A DNA stretch of 64,000 nt from an uncultured Bacteroidota bacterium. Its GTDB lineage: Bacteria; Bacteroidota; Bacteroidia; NS11-12g; UBA9320. The notes below the pieces were generated by a model that worked only from the letters and a program-made list of their open reading frames with translations, did not search any database and had not been told where the DNA came from. The stretch is taken from positions 299,154-363,153 of the forward strand of contig CAKZLB010000013.1 of the NCBI GenBank assembly GCA_937124965.1, read 5' to 3'. Within the stretch, counting starts at the first letter, position 1. Each line of letters begins with the position of its first letter. Positions 40,036-49,229 of this stretch are shown one piece after another. Made by a program: the position numbers and the translations under genes.

Positions 40036-41283
40036 TTAATCTTGGAATATGCTGTCTTCTCGTGATTCGTTTTGCTTTTGCAAGTCTGCCATTGCACTAT
40101 CCAGAAGCGCTTTAAAGTCGCGAACGGTTAGTTTCATTTCTTTTCTGATAATTTTTTCATAGATATCCTTAATGCCAATCACCTCCGCTAATTCGGAAGT
40201 ATACGCAAGCGGCATGTTCTCAAGCTCTCTATCAACCTTCGAAAAGTCTAACAGTACGTAACAGAGATAGGACTTGACCGACTCCTTAGAAGACTCAATA
40301 TTTTTGGCAAAGTCTTCAATTTTGACATCGTCTTTTGTTCGTACAAAATCCTGAAAATACTGATCACACAGATTCAACACCGTAGACGTTGCCATCCATT
40401 TTGGCTTGACGATTAATTGGAGGAGGTTTTTCGTTACCTCTTGCATTTCAGTTTGCTTAAAGATGTCAAGCTTGTCAATGTCTAAAGAGCCTTCAATCAA
40501 TTTTTGAACGTGTTCGAAATAATCCTTATCGTTTTCCGATTGCATGAGAAGTGCAATACTTCTGATATATGACTCAGGGTGCGTGTCGTTGACTGTTCCT
40601 TCATCAACATTCGATAGTATTTCCTTTGCTTGGTTTAAATAGCTTTCCGCGTTGACTTCTGACAACCCTGTATCAAGTTTTACCAACATTTGTATTACCG
40701 TTTTATGGTCTTTTGAAACGAGTAAAGATCCAGCATCACAAAAGAGTTCCATGTATAGCTGATAAATTCGAGCAGTTTGGATAATGGCATTTTCACTACG
40801 ATTATCGTTTGCCAATGAAACTACTAATCGATTCGTAATTTCAAACTCTTCGTTGTCTGTTTTGTAAAATAAATAATGACTAAGCTCGTGCGCTAATAGG
40901 CATTTCATTTCCTCATCGTTCAATAGGTTTAAAACAGACCCTGAGAACACAATATGTGCTTCCTTATCAAGAATTGAAATTCCGGCGTTTAACTGTGTAC
41001 TATTATTCTCTTGATAGAGAATTACGTTTGCATCTATCGCCAGCACCTTGCAGCATTCATCAGCCAAGAGGTATAGTTTTTCATGACTTGATCTGTCGAG
41101 TCGGTAGGTATTTTTTAAAAGCGTTTTTTTGTATTCATCTATCTGTTGCTCCTTCGTCGCTTTAAGTGCAAACCAATCCCACGTTTTCTTTTGCTGTTTA
41201 AAATGATCTCGCAATTTTATGTGATACTGAAACGGAGTGAGGTTTAAACTGGGTGAACTCGACTCTGTGGTTTGATTTTCCAT
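40036..41283 (-). CDS. Soluble HExxH zinc-metallopeptidase-like protein (M48-like core) with uncharacterised alpha-helical C-terminal half
   Basis: 'NVILYQENNSTQLNAGISILDKEAHIVFSGSVLNLLNDEEMKCLLAHELSHYLFY' parallels the M48/HtpX 'NAFa.G…i.l..gLl..l...El.aVlaHElgH' block. Downstream Glu in 'ELFCD'. No TM segments. Stop is 6 nt before the helicase ATG. The track starts at TTG 41289; ATG 41283 is preferred. Confidence 0.6.
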   Translation of the reverse strand: MENQTTESSSPSLNLTPFQYHIKLRDHFKQQKKTWDWFALKATKEQQIDEYKKTLLKNTYRLDRSSHEKLYLLADECCKVLAIDANVILYQENNSTQLNAGISILDKEAHIVFSGSVLNLLNDEEMKCLLAHELSHYLFYKTDNEEFEITNRLVVSLANDNRSENAIIQTARIYQLYMELFCDAGSLLVSKDHKTVIQMLVKLDTGLSEVNAESYLNQAKEILSNVDEGTVNDTHPESYIRSIALLMQSENDKDYFEHVQKLIEGSLDIDKLDIFKQTEMQEVTKNLLQLIVKPKWMATSTVLNLCDQYFQDFVRTKDDVKIEDFAKNIESSKESVKSYLCYVLLDFSKVDRELENMPLAYTSELAEVIGIKDIYEKIIRKEMKLTVRDFKALLDSAMADLQKQNESREDSIFQD

Positions 41284-41558
41284 AGACAAAATTAAGGTGC
41301 TAAATTATGGAAAAGTGCGAAGACTGTCAGATATTTAGCGAAGAATGTGGATGTGATTTCACGTTCTAAGCTTAAAAATTAATCACCTTTTCTAAACGGG
41401 CACAACCATGTTATTTAGAAAGAATAATTAATGTGAGTCAGGCTTTATTTATTACCCTCTTTCATTCATAACAAATCACCTGTTTGTGCCCAGGGAAAGG
41501 ACAATGCGTCAAGTTGGAGTTTTTTTTCTAGAAAACATAGTTCTTAAATTAGCTTAAT

Positions 41559-42551
41559 GTGAATGTAAAAAATAATATTTGTGGCTTAATAATAACAAAT
41601 ATGAACCAATCAAAAATCTTACTTACTTTCTCCTTTTTAATACTTGTCTCAATTTGGAGTTGTAAAGATGACACAGTTTTACCGACAAAATCTGCCAATG
41701 AATTAATAGTCGTAACTGGCATGGATCCTATAATTAACGAAAACCCAAGCAATAAGCAATTGCTGACAACAATCACTGGTACCTCTGCGTTAGGTGATGT
41801 TGTTATGAGTTTAGAAATGGAGTCTGTTACAGGAAGTCTGGACTTTAATCCTGAAAATGGTGAAGTGCGAGTAAAAAATAGAAGTCTTTTTGATTTTGAA
41901 AAAAATCAGTTTATCACCTTTAAAATCAAGGGAACAGTTGGTGAAGAATGGAATGAAGGAACATTTAAGATTACCTTAAAAGATGTAGAAGAATTGCCTT
42001 CTGTGCAAAACTTGCTAGATGAGGGTAAACATCCTTGGGAAATAATGAAAAGTAACTCTAAGTATACTATTGATTCACTGATTAATAAACGCTATGGAGG
42101 TGGGTACATTTTTCGTGTGGATGATTTTGATTTTGAAACTTGGATTGTTGCTAAAGAAGATATAGGATCTGCACCATGGGGTTGCAAGGGCACTCTAATT
42201 AGTTATACAAGTGATGCAATACATAAGAGTGCAGAAAACACGAAAACCATTCTTGCTGAATGCAATGAACCGAGTATTGCCGCTAGAAAATCTGATGCAT
42301 ATTCTATCGATGGTTATGACGACTGGTATTTGCCTTCTGAAGGTGAGATGAGAACTGTATTTTTTATATTGAAGAAAGAAACATTAGACAAAATGGAAAT
42401 TGCAATAGGTAGCAAGTATTGGACTTCAACACAAGAAAACAAAGACGATGCAATTTACATTGGTTACATATCAGAGGGACGAGGGACGTCATACACGGGA
42501 AGCAAAGACATCCTTTATAAAGTTCGACCTTGTAGAAAAGTTACGCAGTAG
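41559..42551 (+). CDS. DUF1566 (Lcl C-terminal domain)-containing lipoprotein
   Basis: Signal peptide plus lipobox 'SIWSCKDD'. C-terminal 'DGYDDWYLPSEGEMRTVF…KYWTST' matches the DUF1566 'DWRLPT..EL..L' signature. Confidence 0.5.
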   Translation: MNVKNNICGLIITNMNQSKILLTFSFLILVSIWSCKDDTVLPTKSANELIVVTGMDPIINENPSNKQLLTTITGTSALGDVVMSLEMESVTGSLDFNPENGEVRVKNRSLFDFEKNQFITFKIKGTVGEEWNEGTFKITLKDVEELPSVQNLLDEGKHPWEIMKSNSKYTIDSLINKRYGGGYIFRVDDFDFETWIVAKEDIGSAPWGCKGTLISYTSDAIHKSAENTKTILAECNEPSIAARKSDAYSIDGYDDWYLPSEGEMRTVFFILKKETLDKMEIAIGSKYWTSTQENKDDAIYIGYISEGRGTSYTGSKDILYKVRPCRKVTQ

Positions 42552-42914
42552 AACATCGTTTTATCTATCAACGTAATAAAATTTGTATTCTCTTTAGTCT
42601 TTTGAAATGTCGTGATGAGAGCTGTAACTACAGTGGCTAAGTACATATTCATCTTTGTCCTTATATGAAGCTACATTTCTTATTTAGGAACTAGTTGAAA
42701 AACTTAATGAGTATAAGCTGCAAGAATGACACTATCGAACTTCAAAAAATTCCGAAGAGTTAATACAGTTAATGCTCAATGGCAATGAGTTTTATCCTGA
42801 ATACTTTGAATACAAATACTGTCCCAGTGGGGATTATTATGTTTTAACTATTATACTTCATCACGAAAAAGACAACTTAGTTATTGATAGTCGGGATTTG
42901 AATAAGGAGGAAAG

Positions 42915-43544
42915 ATGGCGATGACTTTCAAACAAGTCCCAGACATGACAACTATTGAGAACAAAACGAGGTATACGCTTGGATTTGTTCTTGCGTTGTT
43001 GTTTGCATCTATTGTCACATTTTACCTCCAAAGCATTTCATTACTAACAATTCTCGGACTCTATTTTTTAGGCCATTACTGGTTTGATTTTAGCAGAAGA
43101 CTTCAATCTGACTGGATAAGAAATAAACACATCGTCGGAAAAATTGCATTTACGGAGGACCAACTTAACATCGAAAATCTTCAACAACATATAGATTTTA
43201 CCGATTTAAAAAAGATCAAATTCACGTACAATTACATTCGTGGAAAACGTTTTGCAAAAGGTGATGTAATAAACAATGGACTGGCAAGACTGAATATCAC
43301 TACGAAATCTGATGAGAAACACACAATTGTATTTATCATTGAATCTTTAGAGCAGTTTGACTTCTTAAAAATCCTATTCAAAAAATGGTATCAACTTGGG
43401 GTTGAAATATCCGAACGCTTTACAAACGAACAACTCAGAACGATGTGTCTTGAACGAATTGATATCATGTCCTACAAAGAATTGCAAATATTCAAAAATG
43501 AGCTTCAACCAATAACAGGGAGGAATACAAATGAAGTTTCATAA
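42915..43544 (+). CDS. Hypothetical membrane protein
   Basis: Two N-terminal TM helices. No domain recognised. Confidence 0.4.
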   Translation: MAMTFKQVPDMTTIENKTRYTLGFVLALLFASIVTFYLQSISLLTILGLYFLGHYWFDFSRRLQSDWIRNKHIVGKIAFTEDQLNIENLQQHIDFTDLKKIKFTYNYIRGKRFAKGDVINNGLARLNITTKSDEKHTIVFIIESLEQFDFLKILFKKWYQLGVEISERFTNEQLRTMCLERIDIMSYKELQIFKNELQPITGRNTNEVS

Positions 43545-43565
43545 AATTAGTCGGATGGAGGTTAT

Positions 43566-43823
43566 TCAGTCGTAATGAAATCTACACTTCGCAATTAATA
43601 TTTCGTCCTCATTGTATTGGTAGATTAATCTGTGTTCGCTATCTATTCGTCTTGACCAAAACCCAGCATATTTATGCTTTAAAGGCTCAGGTTTTCCAAT
43701 TCCATCAAATGGGTTTCGACCAATCTCTTTCAGAAGATCATTTATTTTTTTAAGCTTTTTTTTATCCGTTTTTTGCCAATACAAATAATCTTCCCAGGAC
43801 TCGTCAACGAATATATACTTCAT
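43566..43823 (-). CDS. yoeB: YoeB/Txe-family toxin (RelE fold)
   Basis: 'SWEDYLYWQ…D.K…KIN.LLKEI.R.PF.G.GKPEPLK…G.WSRRID.EHRLIY' colinear with YoeB. Confidence 0.85.
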   Translation of the reverse strand: MKYIFVDESWEDYLYWQKTDKKKLKKINDLLKEIGRNPFDGIGKPEPLKHKYAGFWSRRIDSEHRLIYQYNEDEILIAKCRFHYD

Positions 43824-43830
43824 CTTAACT

Positions 43831-44079
43831 TTAAATTAAGTCTTTGTCAAAAGACTCACCGCTTTTAAGTTTGTCAATAGCGGAATCTAATCTTAATTCA
43901 TTTTTTCGAGAAGATAATTCGTGATTTGTAGCCATCAATGAATTGTATTCTTGCAATGACATAACTACAATTCCAGAATCTTTTCCGCGATTTATTATCA
44001 ACGTTTCAACGTTTTTTACAACTAGGTCTAAGTAAGCTTTAATATCTTTCCTAAAAGCAGAAACAGTAGTTATTTGCAT
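43831..44079 (-). CDS. yefM: YefM/Phd-family antitoxin
   Basis: 'MQITTVSAFRKDIKAYLDLV…ETLIINRGKDSGIVVMSLQEYNSLM' Phd/YefM fold. Immediately upstream of yoeB. Start taken at the internal ATG (44079), not the track's 44115. Confidence 0.8.
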   Translation of the reverse strand: MQITTVSAFRKDIKAYLDLVVKNVETLIINRGKDSGIVVMSLQEYNSLMATNHELSSRKNELRLDSAIDKLKSGESFDKDLI

Positions 44080-44447
44080 AATTTTGTATTTTATTAAGTA
44101 CAAATATAAGTACAAAATTTAGATTACTTGATTTCTTCTGTGTAGCTGACAACGACTCAATAGCGTCCTAAACTTTTTTTTAGTAATGCTAGTGACGCCA
44201 GTTAATTCAGGTGAGTAGGATTTTTGAAGGACTTTGGGGTTTAATGTTCATAATACATTTGGTTTGGAGGTCGATGGCATTTTTGGAGATGGAGTGTCAG
44301 TGAAGTTTTTTTTGGTAAAATCCAAGGGAAGTCGAGAACTTGTTCGAGAATCACTCGCAGGATTCCAATAAAAACAAACGGAAACGAACAACGCCAAAGG
44401 AGCCTTGAACTTTTTGTTTACTTTTTGGTTCAAGACAAAAAGTAAAA

Positions 44448-44514
44448 CCTGCTTGCCAACAAGCAGGTCGGTTTGGCCTGCCTGCAGCAGGCAGGCTGAT
44501 AAGCCTGCCTGGCG
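44448..44514. repeat. GC-rich twin palindromes plus repeat-family motif (copy A) in an AT-rich divergent intergenic region
   Basis: CCTGCTTG-CCAA-CAAGCAGG (44448-44467). GCCTGCCTGC-A-GCAGGCAGGC (44476-44496). AAGCCTGCCTGGCG (44501-44514), which recurs at 50148-50161. Confidence 0.5.
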
Positions 44515-44604
44515 GAAGACACGGCCAAGTAGAACTATTTATTAAAATATTTACGACAGGATTGCTACCAAACAATTAGAATCTCACAACTACGTTAAGA
44601 ACGT

Positions 44605-45903
44605 ATGCCAATAAACAGACTTAAATCCCTTTTAACCATTTTCTGTTTAATACTAGTTTGTCAAATTAGTTATGCATGCAGCATGTACAAAGTCACGCAC
44701 AACGGCAGTACGATGGTTGGTTGTAACGAAGACAACTGGCGCACTACTTCTCATATTTGGTTTGAAAATCCGTTAACTACAGGTGCGTTTGGTGCAGCAT
44801 TCACTGGATCTCGTAACGTTGGAGCCAATCGATATGCTCCCCAATCGGGCATGAATACAGAAGGCTTAGTTTTTTCACGGTTAGAGTCATGGTATCCAAA
44901 AAAATCTGTTGATTTATCAAACAAAAAACAAATTACTGATGAAGTGATTTTCCTCTCAGAAATTCTTCATGACTACAAAACGGTAGCTGAAGTAAAACGA
45001 CACATTGAGCAATACGACCATAGTATTTTTATAGATGATGTCTTTATCTATATCGACAAATCTGGTGACTATCTAGTTGTTGAACCTTATGGATTTGTTG
45101 AAGGAGATGAGGCGGCCTATGTACTGTCTAACTTTTGTCCATCCATAACAAATAAGGAAACGGCTAGAACATTAATTCGCTATAAGAATGGTGAGGATTA
45201 CATCAAAAATCACTCAGTAGAAGCCTCGTTAACATTCTGTAAAAACGTCTCAGACACCATGCATGTTTGTAGAAACAGGAATGGGGATGGAACGTTGCTA
45301 ACGTCTATTTGGGACACGGACAATGGAACCGTTAACCTATACTTCTATCATGATTTTGACTCAACAATTCAATTTAGTCTATCAACAGAACTCGCTAAAG
45401 GCGACTATCAATTGTATATCCCTGACCTATTTCCAAAGAATTCTGAGTACCAACGTTTGGCAGATTACAAAACACCTTTCAACACCCCGTGGTTGCGAGT
45501 TTCACTAGTTGTGCTGGCGGGAATATTATTTCTCAGCATTGTTGTATTTGGTTTTGACTACCTCAGGAAGCTAAAAACCGAAACGCTTAACGTAAAAAAA
45601 ATCCTGCTGATTGGTCTTAACCTCCTACTCGTTGCGTATCTCTTCGTTTTAGCAACGAACATAAACATATACTATTTTGATGCCCCTTATACGCACTATA
45701 GTTCAAATCTGATTACAGCATCCTCCTACGTACCTTTTATACTCTTATTGGCAATCATTCCGCTTTTTATGTATATGGCTAGAAGGTTGACTCAAAAAAG
45801 CACAGCACTATTAGAGAAAGGTTTAATTGGGGCGAATATGGTTGTATATCTTGTTCTGGTAGTAGGCTTTAATTACTGGGGTTTGTTTACTTTTATAAAT
45901 TAG
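44605..45903 (+). CDS. Ntn-hydrolase (choloylglycine hydrolase/linear amide C-N hydrolase)-like domain fused to a C-terminal polytopic membrane domain
   Basis: After the signal peptide, 'CSMYKVTHNGSTMVGCNEDNW' fits the N-terminal nucleophile pattern C[ST]x…G.N.D of the choloylglycine hydrolase family. ≥4 TM helices in the last 150 aa. Confidence 0.4.
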   Translation: MPINRLKSLLTIFCLILVCQISYACSMYKVTHNGSTMVGCNEDNWRTTSHIWFENPLTTGAFGAAFTGSRNVGANRYAPQSGMNTEGLVFSRLESWYPKKSVDLSNKKQITDEVIFLSEILHDYKTVAEVKRHIEQYDHSIFIDDVFIYIDKSGDYLVVEPYGFVEGDEAAYVLSNFCPSITNKETARTLIRYKNGEDYIKNHSVEASLTFCKNVSDTMHVCRNRNGDGTLLTSIWDTDNGTVNLYFYHDFDSTIQFSLSTELAKGDYQLYIPDLFPKNSEYQRLADYKTPFNTPWLRVSLVVLAGILFLSIVVFGFDYLRKLKTETLNVKKILLIGLNLLLVAYLFVLATNINIYYFDAPYTHYSSNLITASSYVPFILLLAIIPLFMYMARRLTQKSTALLEKGLIGANMVVYLVLVVGFNYWGLFTFIN

Positions 45904-45986
45904 CAAGGCCAAACATCCGTTGTTCAAATAGCTTAATGTTAAACTCTTAAAACCCCTATATTCGAAAAACAGTTAACAAGAACACT

Positions 45987-46340
45987 ATGAATAAAACTAT
46001 TCATTTATCGTGCGCAATTGTCGGAGTAATGATAAGCTTTGCTTTCGCAAATCCAAACACCGCCTTAAAGGCTACTTATGGCGTTTCTCTGAACGACCCT
46101 TCGCAAATAAAACTTCAATTAAACAACGACTTTTCGTTCACCTATCAAGACTATTCCAATGTCGACAAACCAATTGATGTTGAGGGGACATATAAAATTG
46201 ATGGCAAACTTATTATGCTCAATTCTACTTCCAATTCATCCTATCACAACAAATGGAAAATTACAAACGACGGGTGTCGGATTCAATCACGAAAAGGAAT
46301 ATTGTTCTATTCACTTGTCAAATTAAGTAACGAACATTGA
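45987..46340 (+). CDS. Hypothetical secreted protein
   Basis: Signal peptide. No domain recognised. Confidence 0.4.
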   Translation: MNKTIHLSCAIVGVMISFAFANPNTALKATYGVSLNDPSQIKLQLNNDFSFTYQDYSNVDKPIDVEGTYKIDGKLIMLNSTSNSSYHNKWKITNDGCRIQSRKGILFYSLVKLSNEH

Positions 46341-46915
46341 GGGCTACTCTTATTTCTATAGTCATTCTAGCAACCTTAGCTAATTGTACCACTTCTAGAT
46401 TTTCCAAAACTCCATTTACTTATATCGCTAAAGCTGAAAAGCTTTATGAAAAAGGAAAGTATGATAAAGCATTAAGCAAGTTAGAACATGCAGACACTAT
46501 GCACTATTTTATTTGCGGACTTTATCAAGGTTTACGAAATCAGGAAATTGCTCTGTTGCAATATTCAGTTTACATGAAACTCGAAAAATATGATTTAGCG
46601 CGACAATCGTTAGACTCACTCTGGAGGTTGGAAACACAAGTTTTCGATTCGTTGAAAGTTCTTGCCTATCAAAAAGAATATGGCGATTTGTTCTTATCAC
46701 AAAAAATTGATTCAGCAATAAAAAATGCAACTATCGACAGTAGCATGAATAACACGGAATTCATCTCGTATGTGAATTTAACAGTTGATAGTTCCGTTGT
46801 ACTAAGATTCAAAGCAGAAAAGGATATGTTTCGTTCCAAAGATGAATTTGGTCGTAATCTGTGGAAGACAAGTTTTATGAACTCCTCTGCGTATCAATTA
46901 CTCAAATACCCTTAA
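46337..46915 (+). CDS. Hypothetical protein (possible lipoprotein)
   Basis: N-terminal hydrophobic segment plus 'LANCTT'. 4-nt overlap with the upstream gene. Confidence 0.4.
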   Translation: MRATLISIVILATLANCTTSRFSKTPFTYIAKAEKLYEKGKYDKALSKLEHADTMHYFICGLYQGLRNQEIALLQYSVYMKLEKYDLARQSLDSLWRLETQVFDSLKVLAYQKEYGDLFLSQKIDSAIKNATIDSSMNNTEFISYVNLTVDSSVVLRFKAEKDMFRSKDEFGRNLWKTSFMNSSAYQLLKYP

Positions 46916-47111
46916 TTAAGTATAAATTCATACTGTACTTCATGTTTCACAACTAAAGTCTTAGCATTCTTCTAGTTAAAACTTCACTTAAATATCAAAA
47001 TAATAATCTATTGGCGAGGGCTTTCAATTAACCATTAAAATTTGAAAGTGAAATAACTTAACAACTTATTAAAATTCTTAATTAATGTAACGGCACTTAT
47101 TACAACCTGAA

Positions 47112-47639
47112 TTATTCCCAAATAAGTGTTAAGCTCAATGCACCCATGAGGCTACTGTTCGGGCTTTCAAAATCAGCGTTTATAATTTCCAAAACAGATT
47201 TACCATCCTTAGTATAGAATCTCGCTGATTCACAATTACTATCACCAGGTCCTTTTTGAGGTCTAATAGTAAATTCATCGCCTTCTGAAGTAAATCCTTT
47301 ACCCGTTATTACAATCGTTCCAGCGCTTCTTTTATCATGAACGGTGTAGTCTCCATCCTCTGTGTTAGCCACTTCAATTGACAATTCGGTATTGGGATAG
47401 TTATCTAACTCCATGCGCAAAACCATTTTCGTATCATATGGCCCCGACACCTGCTTTACGGTATGAGTTGATTCGTAAAACGTGACATCTACATCGCCAT
47501 CGTTGAATTTAACAAATTGAAAGGTTGGTGTATTTGTATCAACCATATCGTCTTTTGTAGATGGGGCATCATCATTACAACTAATTAATCCGATAGATAC
47601 TACTGAGACAAAAAAGAGACAAAGGCTAAATGATTTCAT
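47112..47639 (-). CDS. Hypothetical lipoprotein
   Basis: Signal peptide plus lipobox 'GLISCNDD' when started at the internal ATG 47639. The track start at 47750 adds 37 unlikely residues. Confidence 0.45.
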   Translation of the reverse strand: MKSFSLCLFFVSVVSIGLISCNDDAPSTKDDMVDTNTPTFQFVKFNDGDVDVTFYESTHTVKQVSGPYDTKMVLRMELDNYPNTELSIEVANTEDGDYTVHDKRSAGTIVITGKGFTSEGDEFTIRPQKGPGDSNCESARFYTKDGKSVLEIINADFESPNSSLMGALSLTLIWE

Positions 47640-47769
47640 AGAATTTATTTTTTGTTGGACTCGAAAATACTTAAAATTTCGTTTAATTTCAGCTTTTACG
47701 CATATGTAACAGAAGCTAAGAATAGGGCCCCAACTAAACTTGATGCTCAAAAAAACGCAACGTCAAATG

Positions 47770-49146
47770 TTATCTCATTAAAAGTTTCCCGTTTAACATT
47801 TCACCATTTTCAAGAATCACCGTCCAAATAAAAACACCTTCTTTCGCAGGAATATTAAGTGACGAGTTTCCATTGACTGTTTGCTCAGAGATTATTTTTC
47901 CAACCAAATCCGATAGAACAAACCTCCCGGTGCCTCCATTTGATATTCTAACGTTTAAGGATTCTCCAATTTGAATAGGGTTTGGTCCAATGTTAATTAT
48001 GCTAGATAGATAATCTCGAACCGAAGCATTATAATCTTCATTGCTTAATTCAATAATTTTGTGTGTAAATGGATTGTTATTACTCCAAGCGTTACCACTT
48101 GTAGCCAAGTATATTTTTCCGTCAGGAGAAACACAAATATCACGAAGACGGGTCAGTTCATTTTTAAAATATTTAGTTTCCGAAACAACAGAATCTCCTG
48201 CTTCATTAAAGCCAAAAGCAATTACACTTTTATCTTTTAAAACCGTCATTAACAGCTTGTTTCGAAACTCTGGGATTGCACGATGACCGTACCAAATAAT
48301 ATCGGAAGGTGCAATCGTTGGAGTCCAAGCCGCCAGTGGCTCGACTACATTGTTCTCGTCACAAAACGCTTCTTCTGGTGGTGAATCACAAAAACCCGCA
48401 ACGGTAGGCCATCCATAGTTTCTATCTTTTTTTATGATGTTTAATTCATCGTCCGTTGTGGGTCCATGTTCGGAACTATACAGAATTCCATTTGGAGCCA
48501 ACCATAAACCTTGGGCATTTCTGTGTCCGTAAGACCATACATAACTATTTGAACTCGGATTGTCACTTGGAATTGTACCATCTAAATTCATCCGAAGCAC
48601 TTTGCCAGATAACGAGTTCATGTCCTGTGGAAGATTTTGCTTTTGTGCATCACCAGTGGTCATAAGCAACGTATTGTCTGGAAGGATTAATAACCTACAC
48701 CCAATATGGGTTGTATTTCCAACGATGTTTTCAACTAACGTATCTATTGGAATTAACGTTTTACCATCATAGTCAAACTTCACCAATCGCTCCAAAATAC
48801 TACTCCCTGCTAAATACGTGTAGGCTATAAAAACATGGGGCGTGTTTTCAAAATCTGGATGTAAAACCATACCTAACATACCAGCTTCCGATCTTTCATA
48901 AACATCTGCAGACAAATCAAGTAGAACGTCATGTTCTCCAGTTTCTGGATTTAATCGACTAACTCTACCAAACCGTTCGGTCATCCAAATATGGTCGTCT
49001 GGCCCCCAAAGAATTTCCCATGGAATATCCAACGAATCTTTGACCACCCTAGATGTAAGCACAGTTGAATCTAACGTGTACTTTTCTTGTCCATACAAAA
49101 AACCACTGCTACAGATTAATAGTAAAAGGAGTAATCGTTGTTTCAT
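47770..49146 (-). CDS. PQQ-dependent sugar (glucose/sorbosone) dehydrogenase-family beta-propeller with probable T9SS C-terminal sorting domain
   Basis: 'DIPWEILWGPDDHIWMTERFGRVSRLNPETG…AGMLGMVLHPDF' GSDH pattern. C-terminal ~80 aa beta-rich tail typical of Por-secreted proteins. Signal peptide from ATG 49146 (the track start is GTG 49173). Confidence 0.55.
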   Translation of the reverse strand: MKQRLLLLLLICSSGFLYGQEKYTLDSTVLTSRVVKDSLDIPWEILWGPDDHIWMTERFGRVSRLNPETGEHDVLLDLSADVYERSEAGMLGMVLHPDFENTPHVFIAYTYLAGSSILERLVKFDYDGKTLIPIDTLVENIVGNTTHIGCRLLILPDNTLLMTTGDAQKQNLPQDMNSLSGKVLRMNLDGTIPSDNPSSNSYVWSYGHRNAQGLWLAPNGILYSSEHGPTTDDELNIIKKDRNYGWPTVAGFCDSPPEEAFCDENNVVEPLAAWTPTIAPSDIIWYGHRAIPEFRNKLLMTVLKDKSVIAFGFNEAGDSVVSETKYFKNELTRLRDICVSPDGKIYLATSGNAWSNNNPFTHKIIELSNEDYNASVRDYLSSIINIGPNPIQIGESLNVRISNGGTGRFVLSDLVGKIISEQTVNGNSSLNIPAKEGVFIWTVILENGEMLNGKLLMR

Positions 49147-49229
49147 AAGATTTCTGTTTTTTGTGAATAACACGAAACTATCGAATTGGTGTTAACTTGT
49201 TGCCCATAACTTTCACTAACCTCAGACCA

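Noticed and set aside
41284-41295. TAATTTTG (-7-box-like) immediately upstream of the M48-like gene ATG
   Set aside because: Only 3 nt from the ATG, too close to function as a -7 promoter element for this start. It also overlaps the alternative TTG start used by the ORF track.
44248-44575. Two minus-strand ORFs (61 and 74 aa) across the GC-rich palindromes
   Set aside because: The reading frames are created by the palindromic GC-rich repeat (Pro/Ala/Gly/Arg-rich). No start context or homolog features.
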